In this document: positions 49,547 to 58,359 of the stretch, piece after piece
Layout: each line of letters opens with the position of its first letter
Position numbering within the stretch: position 1 is the first letter of the stretch
Origin: a virus
Virus record (IMG/VR): IMGVR_UViG_3300024518_005299
Coordinates: 32,001-96,000 of that record
Direction: 5' to 3' (one strand)
Length of the DNA stretch: 64,000 bases
Translations under genes and position numbers: made by a program
Notes under the pieces: model-generated
What the model saw: the letters and a program-made list of their open reading frames with translations, nothing else
The model's database searches: none
Told to the model about the DNA's origin: nothing

Positions 49547-50685
49547 TTCCTCTTTTTAAAGTCCGTATGTCTGATCGTGCCCCTAGTGATGTTGCTAAGG
49601 TATTACGTAGTGGTTATATAGGTGAAGGTCCTAAGGTTAAAGAGTTTGAGGCGCAACTAGAGAAGCTTCTTGCGCCAAAGAACAAACTGTTCAGCCGTCC
49701 TGTAGTCGTAACTAATAGTGCGACATCAGCAGAGCATTTAGCTTATAGATTATTAAAAGACAGTAAGGATATTTCTGCAGGCGATGAAGTGCTAGCGACA
49801 CCATTGACCTGTATAGCTACTAACTTTCCCATCTTGGCAAATGGCTTGCATATCAAATGGGTAGATATTGATCCAACTACTATGAATATGGATCTAGATG
49901 ATCTCGCGCGTAAGATCACTCCTAGAACTAAAGCAATCTCTATTGTTCATTGGGGTGGCTATCCATTAGATTTGAATCGCATCGATGATATTAGGCAACT
50001 AGCACAAGAAAAGATAGGCGTGTTTCCTGCATTGATCCAGGACTGCGCGCATGCATTAGGTAGTACGTTCCACAAAGAGCCTTTATGCAGATGGGGTGAC
50101 TTCTCTACCTATAGCTTCCAAGCCATTAAACATCTGACATGTGGGGATGGAGGAGCTTTAGTTTCGTCCTACACGGCATGGAATAGAGAAGCCAAGCTGC
50201 TGCGCTGGTATGGCATTAACCGTGACGGTCCGCGCACAGATTTTAGGTGTGAGAACGATATTCCTAAATGGGGGTATAAGTTCAACATGAACGACATCGC
50301 GGCTACGATCGGTCTTGCTAATCTTCCTCTTCTAGATGATACTTTAAGAACACATAGGAGCAATGCTTGGTTTTATAATAATGAGCTACTCGACATCCCC
50401 GGTGTGACATTGCTTAAGTACAAAGAAGGGTTTGATTCGGCTTATTGGCTTTATACTATTCGTGTCGAGGATCGCGCAGGGTTTATGAAGATGATGAAGA
50501 AAAAGGAAGTAGAGGTCAGTAGAGTCCACGACCGTAATGACAAACACTCTTGTGTGGACCAATATCGCACTCTGCTCCCGAATCTAGATGCCGTATGTCA
50601 GGATATGATTTGTATCCCCGTGGGTTGGTGGGTGACGCCAAAACACAGGCAATATATTGTTAATTGCATCAAGGGTGGTTGGTGA
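49543..50685 (+). CDS. DegT/DnrJ/EryC1/StrS PLP-dependent NDP-sugar aminotransferase (catalytic Lys present)
   Basis: GEGPKVKEFE, TNSATSA, GDEVLATPLT, IVHWGG, IQDCAHALG, YSFQAIKHLTCGDGG (Lys codon 50128-50130), GYKFNMNDI. True start ATG 49543. Confidence 0.92.
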   Translation: MIPLFKVRMSDRAPSDVAKVLRSGYIGEGPKVKEFEAQLEKLLAPKNKLFSRPVVVTNSATSAEHLAYRLLKDSKDISAGDEVLATPLTCIATNFPILANGLHIKWVDIDPTTMNMDLDDLARKITPRTKAISIVHWGGYPLDLNRIDDIRQLAQEKIGVFPALIQDCAHALGSTFHKEPLCRWGDFSTYSFQAIKHLTCGDGGALVSSYTAWNREAKLLRWYGINRDGPRTDFRCENDIPKWGYKFNMNDIAATIGLANLPLLDDTLRTHRSNAWFYNNELLDIPGVTLLKYKEGFDSAYWLYTIRVEDRAGFMKMMKKKEVEVSRVHDRNDKHSCVDQYRTLLPNLDAVCQDMICIPVGWWVTPKHRQYIVNCIKGGW

Positions 50686-51242
50686 TGAAGTCATCATATG
50701 AAAAGAATAATTTAGGTGACGTATTATATAAATTAGTCGTATGGTGGGAGCCTCAAAAAATAGTGGAGTTCGGTGTGTTCGAGGGGTATTCAACGATACA
50801 CATGGCTAAAGGTTTGCGCGATAGAGGTCGTGGTCACATTATAGCTTGTGATCTTTGGGATAAATATGATTATAATCATACTACAATGGATATAGCTCAG
50901 AAGAATATTGATGATGCTGAATTGACCGACTATGTTACTCTTTGGGAAGCTAATTACTATCAGTGGTTAGAAAATCCCTGTAGGTTTGATATGTTGCATG
51001 TGGATATTTCTAATGATGGTGATATCATTGAGAAGACTCTTACAAAGTTAGCACCCCAAATAGATGACGGTGCTATTGTGTTATTTGAAGGAGGTTCGGC
51101 TGAACGAGATCAGGTCGATTGGATGAAAAAGTTTAACAAACGTCCCATCAACCCCCTGCGGAAGAAGCTTAAGCTTCAGATTCTAGATGAACGATTCCCA
51201 TCTATCTCTATAGCGACAAGATCATGCAGCGACCAACAGTAA
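50685..51242 (+). CDS. Class I SAM-dependent methyltransferase
   Basis: IVEFGVFEGYST, IIACDLW, FDMLHVDI. Confidence 0.75.
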   Translation: MKSSYEKNNLGDVLYKLVVWWEPQKIVEFGVFEGYSTIHMAKGLRDRGRGHIIACDLWDKYDYNHTTMDIAQKNIDDAELTDYVTLWEANYYQWLENPCRFDMLHVDISNDGDIIEKTLTKLAPQIDDGAIVLFEGGSAERDQVDWMKKFNKRPINPLRKKLKLQILDERFPSISIATRSCSDQQ

Positions 51243-52006
51243 GCATATGTACTCCCACATTTGAGATGGGAGGTCGTGGTGTCTCTATGCTGACGAAATT
51301 ATTTGAGAGTGTGGAGATACAAACCTATAAAGATTACGAGGTTGTGGTATCAGATCATTCTCTTAATGACGATATCTTCAAGTTGTGTCGAGACTGGCGA
51401 TTTAGGATACCTATTGTTTATGTTCGCAACGAGAGGGGAAGGGGTAGTTGCGAGGCTAATTTAAATAATGCCATTGAGGAGTCTGCTGGTAAGTTAATCA
51501 AGCCTCTTTTGCAAGACGACTTTTTCTTTACGTCTGAGGGTCTTGATAAATTAGTCGGCGTGTTAAAAACTGATACTGACTGGTCTGCTGGTGGATGTTG
51601 GCATTGTGAGGAGGATGATGTTGATGATTTGCTTAACCCGCATTCGCCATCGTGGATCACGGATAGATCATTAGCGCTAGGGTATAACAGGATTGGCAGT
51701 CCAAGCGTTGTGCTTTATCCTAAGAATGTGAACAACCTTTACTTTGATGAAAATCTACTCTACTATATGGACTGTGAGCTTTACTATAGACTAGGCTTAG
51801 AGATTGGCCCTCCAATCTGTCTACCTTATCATCTTTATGTAATCCGTATGCGACATGATAGCATTAGCGATTCGGAAGTTACTGATGACGGCAAAGGGGA
51901 GGAGTACAATTACATTATAGCTAAGATGGATGAGTCTGGAAGAACTCTAGACGAGTTTCCAATCCTCTATGCTAGGGCGCAAAAATTAGGACTAAGACAA
52001 CCATGA
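51224..52006 (+). CDS. GT2 glycosyltransferase (paralog of 53165)
   Basis: VSICTPTFE, EVVVSDHS, NLNNAI, IKPLLQDD, GSPSVV, DCELYYRL. Confidence 0.8.
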   Translation: MQRPTVSICTPTFEMGGRGVSMLTKLFESVEIQTYKDYEVVVSDHSLNDDIFKLCRDWRFRIPIVYVRNERGRGSCEANLNNAIEESAGKLIKPLLQDDFFFTSEGLDKLVGVLKTDTDWSAGGCWHCEEDDVDDLLNPHSPSWITDRSLALGYNRIGSPSVVLYPKNVNNLYFDENLLYYMDCELYYRLGLEIGPPICLPYHLYVIRMRHDSISDSEVTDDGKGEEYNYIIAKMDESGRTLDEFPILYARAQKLGLRQP

Positions 52007-52398
52007 AGGGTTACTTTAAGTATGTCCTCAATATGTTAGGTGACATAAGGCGCTATAAGGGAGTAGAAGAAATCCATTTGATTAAGATTGCTGATTTAAA
52101 AGTACGCATGCCAGGAGAGGGCATAGTTGCTATTGACGCCACTCCTCATTATCAGTACACCCTAGGTAAGACCAAGCCTTATAAAGATTGGCTAGTTGCC
52201 AACAATCATCTTTACGATTCTTCACTAGCTAGCTTTAAGCATTTAATGAATGACGACTCTCGGTATCTAGGCAAACCATATGATCAGGATTTTATCTTAC
52301 ATGATGATGACTTGGTGATTATAGACGGAGTGCATAGAGCCACGCGGTTGTATCAACTAGGGGTAATATATGCCCCGGTACTCAGGAAGATTACATGA
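52003..52398 (+). CDS. ParB/sulfiredoxin N-terminal-like domain protein
   Basis: LVIIDGVHRATRLYQLGVIYAPV motif. Confidence 0.45.
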   Translation: MKGYFKYVLNMLGDIRRYKGVEEIHLIKIADLKVRMPGEGIVAIDATPHYQYTLGKTKPYKDWLVANNHLYDSSLASFKHLMNDDSRYLGKPYDQDFILHDDDLVIIDGVHRATRLYQLGVIYAPVLRKIT

Positions 52399-53165
52399 CG
52401 TATGATCATAAAAACTTTGGGCTGTCTATCAAAGGGAGTTTAAAAGAACGCGATGCGGCTATCGCTCTATACATCGAGACTCATAAAGATAACTTCCCCG
52501 AGTGGTATATGCCTCTTCAAATTGGAGAGCACACTATTCAAGCAAGAACATATCCACATTTTAATAATCGGCCAGAGTCGCTAGAGGATGACACGTCTGG
52601 TATACGTAAATGGCATCTGACATTGCGAAGAGTGATGCCAGATCTTAAGGATAAAATCGTCTTTGATCTTGGTTGTAATATTGGTATCTTCTCATTAGAA
52701 ATGGCAAACCTCGGTGCGCTACATGTGCATGGTTTTGACCGTGGTTTTGGCATCGTACAGCCTAACAATCATGACCTAGGCGCTCAAAGCGTTGTACAAC
52801 AAGCCTATATGGTGCGCAATATCTACGAAGCGTATCACGGCAGGAAGTGGAAGAATGTCACGTTCCACGAGCAAGACCTTATGACGCTAGACCTAAAGAC
52901 GGCGCAGTGCAATGTCTTGGTTGCGCCTTGTGTTCTTTATCATCTAGGTGCTGAACGTATGGAAGAAATCATTAGAGATGCAAGTGAGCATATCCCAGAG
53001 ATTATCCTACAAGCTAATAATGGTCATGGTGGTGAGTTGGGCGCGCTGTCTTGCCTATCTAATCACGTAAGGTTACTAAATAAGTATGGTTACACGATCG
53101 AACAGACAGTAATGGGTCCAGTTGGGTATCCGCATCCATGCGTTTATGCCACGAAGGAGATCTGA
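52395..53165 (+). CDS. Class I SAM-dependent methyltransferase
   Basis: KIVFDLGCNIGIFS..VHGFD, CVLYHL. Confidence 0.8.
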   Translation: MTYDHKNFGLSIKGSLKERDAAIALYIETHKDNFPEWYMPLQIGEHTIQARTYPHFNNRPESLEDDTSGIRKWHLTLRRVMPDLKDKIVFDLGCNIGIFSLEMANLGALHVHGFDRGFGIVQPNNHDLGAQSVVQQAYMVRNIYEAYHGRKWKNVTFHEQDLMTLDLKTAQCNVLVAPCVLYHLGAERMEEIIRDASEHIPEIILQANNGHGGELGALSCLSNHVRLLNKYGYTIEQTVMGPVGYPHPCVYATKEI

Positions 53166-53893
53166 TGAACAGTTTACCCGAAGTAAATATCTGTATTCCG
53201 ACCGCTAATTTAGGCGAGCGAAGCCTGGAGTACTTAGAATGCTGTTTGTCCTCAATTGAAGATCAAGACTATCCAAATATTACAGTGATTATTTCTGATC
53301 ATTCAAAAGACGATGATGTTTCATGGCACCTTGTGGATAACTGGCTAGACGAGGAGGGTAAACGTCCTTTTAAATTACGTTATACGCGCTATTATGAAAA
53401 CTACGGTAACGCAGTGGCTAATCTTAATAATGCTATTGATCAAGCTTCAAAAGGGTCATTGATTAAGATGTTGTTTCAGGATGATATACTGAAAACAAAA
53501 AAAGCAATTAGCACGATGGTGACTTGCTTAAGAGAAACTGGTCGCCGCTGGTTGGGCGCTGGATGTGATCATATTGATGATAATGATGATGATATGAATC
53601 ATTCCCATCTGCCTTGTTGGGTTGGTGACCTTAGCCTTGCGTATGGAGAGAATTTAATAGGATCTCCTAGCGTTGTAATGTTTCAAAACTGTGATTTGAG
53701 AATGGATTCTAATCTTTGTTATTTAAATGATTGTGAATTTTATTATCGGATGGGAAAAATATATGGCTCTCCTGCATTACTGCACGAAGAGCTAATCACT
53801 ATTCGTATGAGATCTCAAGGCTTAAGCTCAACTTTAGATTTGGATAAAGTAAAAATGGACGAAATTGCTTATTTGGATAAAAAATATGATTGA
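53165..53893 (+). CDS. GT2 glycosyltransferase (paralog of 51224)
   Basis: VNICIPT, TVIISDHS, NLNNAI, IKMLFQDD, GSPSVV, DCEFYYRM. Start ATG 53165. Confidence 0.8.
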   Translation: MNSLPEVNICIPTANLGERSLEYLECCLSSIEDQDYPNITVIISDHSKDDDVSWHLVDNWLDEEGKRPFKLRYTRYYENYGNAVANLNNAIDQASKGSLIKMLFQDDILKTKKAISTMVTCLRETGRRWLGAGCDHIDDNDDDMNHSHLPCWVGDLSLAYGENLIGSPSVVMFQNCDLRMDSNLCYLNDCEFYYRMGKIYGSPALLHEELITIRMRSQGLSSTLDLDKVKMDEIAYLDKKYD

Positions 53894-54434
53894 ACTAGAT
53901 GCACTCAATATAGATGATCTTCCTATATTCCTAGAAATTAGGAATGAATGCGCAGATCAACTTCATGATAATAGCCGTTTTCAATTGTCGCAAGCATTAA
54001 TGTGGTGGAAGAAGCACTGGGGTGATGACTTCATCTCTAGTGGCAGCCCACGGTATTATAGCATAAATAAAATTAAAGATGATGAATCGGTAATGGTTGG
54101 CTATGCTCGTGCACGACAAGATTTTGACAACAGGATAGCAACAATTGGCGTGGATATTCATAAGGATCATCGACGCAAAAGGTATGCTTGTGAGGCATAT
54201 AAGTGGTTGTTGAATTATTTTTTTATAGACTCTAAGTGCAATAGAGTGCAGCTAGAGGTGCTATCAACTAATAAAGCAGCGCTAACACTTTATAAAAAGA
54301 TAGGCTTTCGCCAGGAAGGGATAAGGCGCCAAGCTGTATATCGTCAAGATCAAAACCTTTTCATTGATAGCATCATGATGTCAATTACGGCGGATGAGTG
54401 GGAGAGGGATAATGAAAGTAGTCAACCTTCGTAA
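53886..54434 (+). CDS. GNAT (RimJ/RimL/PseH-like) N-acetyltransferase
   Basis: IGVDIHKDHRRKRYA, LEVLSTNKAALTLYKKIGFRQEG. Confidence 0.85.
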   Translation: MIELDALNIDDLPIFLEIRNECADQLHDNSRFQLSQALMWWKKHWGDDFISSGSPRYYSINKIKDDESVMVGYARARQDFDNRIATIGVDIHKDHRRKRYACEAYKWLLNYFFIDSKCNRVQLEVLSTNKAALTLYKKIGFRQEGIRRQAVYRQDQNLFIDSIMMSITADEWERDNESSQPS

Positions 54435-54720
54435 GGAATCATACACGGTTTATATTGGTCGCGGTGGACACGGGAAATGCGGCTACTGGGGCAATCCTAT
54501 TAAACTTAACTCTAGATGCATTTTGTGTTCTGAAACTCATGAGACTAGAGGTGATACGCTACCCTGTTATGAAAAATATCTACGGCAAAAACTAGCAACA
54601 AGTACGGCTTTTAAAGAGAGATTCTATAGTCTAAATGAAGATGATGTGTTGGGGTGTTTTTGTAAACCTGATGCTTGTCATGGCGAGGTGATGATAAAGG
54701 TATGGAATGAAGAAATATAA
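54412..54720 (+). CDS. DUF4326-like protein
   Basis: VVNLRK..VYIGR..WGNP..YEKYL..LGCFCKPDACHGEV pattern. Confidence 0.75.
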   Translation: MKVVNLRKESYTVYIGRGGHGKCGYWGNPIKLNSRCILCSETHETRGDTLPCYEKYLRQKLATSTAFKERFYSLNEDDVLGCFCKPDACHGEVMIKVWNEEI

Positions 54721-55723
54721 AGTTCTACTGGCATGTCTTCAAAGCGATTTTGGTCAAGACGGCATTCAAAAGTTTGATGATCAGGGTAAGTTTATTAATC
54801 CCTCCTGGGAATTCGAAAACGTTTATAAAGAATGGAAGCAATTAGAAGACGAAGGGTTGGTAGAACTGGAGACCTTTTGGCTAGATAAACAATCTGACGC
54901 TGACCGTGATCGATTAGTCAGTCTTGCTAAAGAGGTAGATTTTATCTATCAGGCGCCAGTTACCCACGCCCTAGGCATCCATCTTCCTCAAGCTCAAAAA
55001 ATTATTGAGGGTGGGACGCCCATTGTGAGTTTTCACCCAGACCTTCACTTGCGTTATAAACATCCTTCCGGGGATCGATTCGTGCATTCTAGGGTAACAG
55101 AAGGATACGACACCCATACGATCACTCCCGCTAAACACATGATGCAGCAACTAGAAGATGATGGAGTAAAGGCATGCTGCATACCATTCGGGATTCCATC
55201 GTCGTGCGACAGGGCGCTAGATGTAGAGCAAATATACGACGTCTCCTTCGTGGGGCAGAAGCATGGTCTACGTGAGCAGGTTGTCTCCCAGTTGCGCGGA
55301 GCTGGCATTCAAGTGCATACCTGGGGTCACTTCTGGCCAGATCACAAGGACCACCATGGGCGTCCTGAGACGTCTGAGATGGTGCGCATCTTTAACCAGT
55401 CGAAGATCAATCTCAATCTCCGCTGGTGCTCCCGAGACGCTAATTATGGTCAAATTAAGGGGAGGGATATGGAATTAATGGGGTGCGGTGCTTTTATGTT
55501 GGCGTCTCAACATGCTGAGTGTGATGACTTTCACGAGCTATATACACCAGATAAGGAATTCGCTGAGTATCATTTTGTAGATGAAATGGTCGAGGGAATC
55601 AAATATTGGTTAGATAATGACGTTTCGCGCAATGCTGTAGCTATGAATGCTTATCATAAGCGCAAGGATAATCTTTGGCAAACTAGACTACGGGGCTTCC
55701 TTGCCGATTGGGGTACTTGGTAA
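54707..55723 (+). CDS. GT-B glycosyltransferase (CgeB/Glyco_trans_1_2-like)
   Basis: YDVSFVGQKHGLRE, VHTWG, IFNQSKINLN, IKGRDMELMGCGAFML. Confidence 0.8.
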   Translation: MKKYKVLLACLQSDFGQDGIQKFDDQGKFINPSWEFENVYKEWKQLEDEGLVELETFWLDKQSDADRDRLVSLAKEVDFIYQAPVTHALGIHLPQAQKIIEGGTPIVSFHPDLHLRYKHPSGDRFVHSRVTEGYDTHTITPAKHMMQQLEDDGVKACCIPFGIPSSCDRALDVEQIYDVSFVGQKHGLREQVVSQLRGAGIQVHTWGHFWPDHKDHHGRPETSEMVRIFNQSKINLNLRWCSRDANYGQIKGRDMELMGCGAFMLASQHAECDDFHELYTPDKEFAEYHFVDEMVEGIKYWLDNDVSRNAVAMNAYHKRKDNLWQTRLRGFLADWGTW

Positions 55724-56436
55724 TGCAAGCTGGTGTTTATAAAATAAAAAATCAAATAAATAATAAGTGCTATATTGGTAGCGCTATTGATGTTCAAATA
55801 CGTTGGACTATTCATAAATCTCAACTAGTTAATCAGTGTCATCACTCAATTCATTTACAACGTGCTTGGAATAAGTATGGAGTAGATACTTTTATATTTG
55901 AGATCCTTGAAGAATGTGATCCGAAACAGTGTTTGGTGCGTGAACAGTACTATTTAAATACTTTATTATTTGCTAGTCATGATGATAAAAGATTCTATGA
56001 ATTAGGTTATAATATTTGTCGTCAGGCGGATAACGTTATGGGTGGTCGTAAACATTCTCAAATATCTAAGATGAAAATGTCTAAGGCTCACAAGGGTAAG
56101 AAATTGTCAGAGCAAACAAAGCAAAAAATGAAAAGACGGTTTCAAAATTCTGAGGATCATCCAATGTATGGCAAAACTCATACTGATGAAGCCAAGCAAA
56201 AAATTAGTGAGGCTGGTCGAGGAAGGATTACCTCCATTAAATGTAGGAAGGCGCTCTCTAATGCTAATCGTGGAGAAGGAAGCTTTCATAGTAAATTAAC
56301 GGAGAGATCAGTGAAAGAGATTAAAAAGATGATTGCAGATGGCAAAGGGACCTCTATGATTGCGCGCAAGTATAAGATTTCACCATCTAGCATTTGCGAT
56401 ATCAAAGCGGGCAGGACGTGGACTTATATAGAATGA
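55723..56436 (+). mobile_element. Free-standing GIY-YIG homing endonuclease
   Basis: GVYKIKNQINNKCYIGS, LFASHDDKRFYELGYN, NUMOD3-like repeats, DIKAGRTWTYI. TAATG overlap. Confidence 0.9.
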
Positions 56437-56455
56437 ATGATTTAAGGAGAAAAAC

Positions 56456-56686
56456 ATGGTAGAACATGCTATAGCGACAGCTAAGATTCGTGTTGGTGAA
56501 CTTACAGAGAATGAACTTTATATTGTGATTGATATGCTCACAAAGATATGTGAGCCTTTAGGCATTACGGTCAGCGAGCCAACTAAGCCGCGCCCAATGT
56601 ATCGAGACGTAGAAATTATTGGACCTTGGGAGAGGGTTGATCAAATAACAGCCTTGTGTCAAGATTGTGAGGTGATTTATGACTGA
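56456..56686 (+). CDS. Hypothetical protein, 76 aa
   Basis: AAGGAG SD upstream. Confidence 0.55.
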   Translation: MVEHAIATAKIRVGELTENELYIVIDMLTKICEPLGITVSEPTKPRPMYRDVEIIGPWERVDQITALCQDCEVIYD

Positions 56687-56921
56687 AAGAACATTTTTTG
56701 GAAAACCCCTTCGCGCTATTAGCTTGGAATATAATCGAGAGACGCTTTCTCTTAAGGAATTCATCGGAGAAATGAAGGATGGCTTGGATGGCTTTGAGGA
56801 GAATATGGAGCACCTAAGGTGTGACAACCCTGCTTATTTCGCTAATACTTCTCACTATATAGAGCGGTGGATGGAGACATTTTTAGCATGGTCCGAAGTA
56901 GAGTTTGAGGAGGAAGAATGA
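56679..56921 (+). CDS. Hypothetical acidic protein, 80 aa
   Basis: Overlap-coupled ORF. Confidence 0.5.
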   Translation: MTERTFFGKPLRAISLEYNRETLSLKEFIGEMKDGLDGFEENMEHLRCDNPAYFANTSHYIERWMETFLAWSEVEFEEEE

Positions 56922-57178
56922 GGAAAATTAAAACAACCGAAGAGTATACCTTAGACGGGCATACTCTAGTTGAACTTATAGCTAATGCCTTAAAACTTCC
57001 TAATGGAACACATGGACAATTTACCATTAATTTTCCTTTATCTTATATTATTGACATTGATGAAGAAGGTTGCATTTCGTTGTTTCATATCCCTGAATGT
57101 AGAGAGGACACGCCTGAACAAGTGGACTTAAGCAAGATGCGAGTTTTTGTCTCGACAGAGAAGGTGGAGTATGAATAA
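56918..57178 (+). CDS. Hypothetical protein, 86 aa
   Basis: ATGA-coupled ORF with GAGGAGG upstream. Confidence 0.5.
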   Translation: MRKIKTTEEYTLDGHTLVELIANALKLPNGTHGQFTINFPLSYIIDIDEEGCISLFHIPECREDTPEQVDLSKMRVFVSTEKVEYE

Positions 57179-57207
57179 AATAAAAATAACATGTAGGGTG
57201 ATTTACA

Positions 57208-57936
57208 ATGACTAAAATTACGGTTGTAACGTATGTGCATGAAGCGCACAAAAAATGGATCCCATTTTGGGCTGAGCAAATTGGTCAACAAGAGTTTCAA
57301 GATTTTGAAATTCTATTTATTGCTCATAATTGGGGCCAAGAATCAAAAGATCAGGCTATGAGTAATCTTGAATACTTTACCGAAGTAGTTAATGGTTGTG
57401 CTATTTTCGATCTACCTCACTTAGTTCGATTCGAATCTTATTGGAGCGCGCCAGTTATTGGTGAAGTAATCGATGAGGGTTGTAGATTGGTTGAGACGGA
57501 ATACTTCGCTCATTGGGACATCGATGACATTATTCATCCTAAGCGTCTCCTACTACAATCTCAATTTCTAGATGCTAATCCTAATGTCGACTTCTTAGGC
57601 ACCAGAATGGTTGGATTCACTGGCGAACCTGTTCCTGAAATGTTCGAGCTAGACTATATTGAGCCTAATGAACCTAATCTAGATGCGACAGAGCACGATC
57701 AAATAAGGCATTGTCTTTTAAATAAGAATCAGAATTGTTTGGGTCATACGACTCTTGTGTATCGTCCTAGAGACTTGCAAGCCCTCGGGGGCTTCTCGCG
57801 ATCAGACGTTAAGCTAGACGGTAAGTCGCCAGACTTCGAAACCTGGAAAAAGGCTATTATGGCAGGCTTCACGTTTCATAGGTTACCAGAGCTTTGTGCG
57901 CTCTGGAGGCTGGACAGCTCCTCGATCAGGTTGTAA
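57208..57936 (+). CDS. GT2 glycosyltransferase
   Basis: ITVVTYVH, QEFQDFEILFI, YFAHWDIDDIIHPKRL..Q..FL, DFETW. Confidence 0.8.
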   Translation: MTKITVVTYVHEAHKKWIPFWAEQIGQQEFQDFEILFIAHNWGQESKDQAMSNLEYFTEVVNGCAIFDLPHLVRFESYWSAPVIGEVIDEGCRLVETEYFAHWDIDDIIHPKRLLLQSQFLDANPNVDFLGTRMVGFTGEPVPEMFELDYIEPNEPNLDATEHDQIRHCLLNKNQNCLGHTTLVYRPRDLQALGGFSRSDVKLDGKSPDFETWKKAIMAGFTFHRLPELCALWRLDSSSIRL

Positions 57937-57956
57937 GCTAATATTTACAAAAACCA

Positions 57957-57987
57957 CGCACGAATTCGTTATATCACCACATAATAG
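57957..57987 (+). promoter_or_regulatory. Phage promoter motif copy 5 (CGCACGA-N14-CACATAATAG)
   Basis: Intergenic exact match, followed by AGGAGG SD and ATG 58003. Confidence 0.75.
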
Positions 57988-58002
57988 GGTAGGAGGTGCC
58001 TG

Positions 58003-58359
58003 ATGTTTGGATCAAAGAAGACAGAAGAACTGCATGGATTATTTGCTAGCATGATCAAACGGATTGATCGTTTGGACAACAATGGCAACGCGATAAGGGA
58101 TCGAATTAGAGACCTTGAGACTCAAAATGACGTGCTACGCGTCAGAATTGAGCAATTAGAAAAGAAGCAGGAGCAGTTACGTGGCGGTCTTAAGGGGTTG
58201 GTTTACGACGAGCCTTTTACCCTACCTATAGAATTTGTCTCCACAGCAGTTGATGTGCCAATAGTTGACCATGTCCACGTTAATAATGACCTCGCTGGGT
58301 GCCATCCGGAAGAATGCATCTATTGTCATCGGGAGTTGAATACGCATAATAATGACTAA
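58003..58359 (+). CDS. Coiled-coil hypothetical protein with C-terminal Cys/His motif
   Basis: Heptad-like IRDLETQNDVLRVRIEQLEKKQEQL. CHPEECIYCH near the end. Confidence 0.55.
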   Translation: MFGSKKTEELHGLFASMIKRIDRLDNNGNAIRDRIRDLETQNDVLRVRIEQLEKKQEQLRGGLKGLVYDEPFTLPIEFVSTAVDVPIVDHVHVNNDLAGCHPEECIYCHRELNTHNND

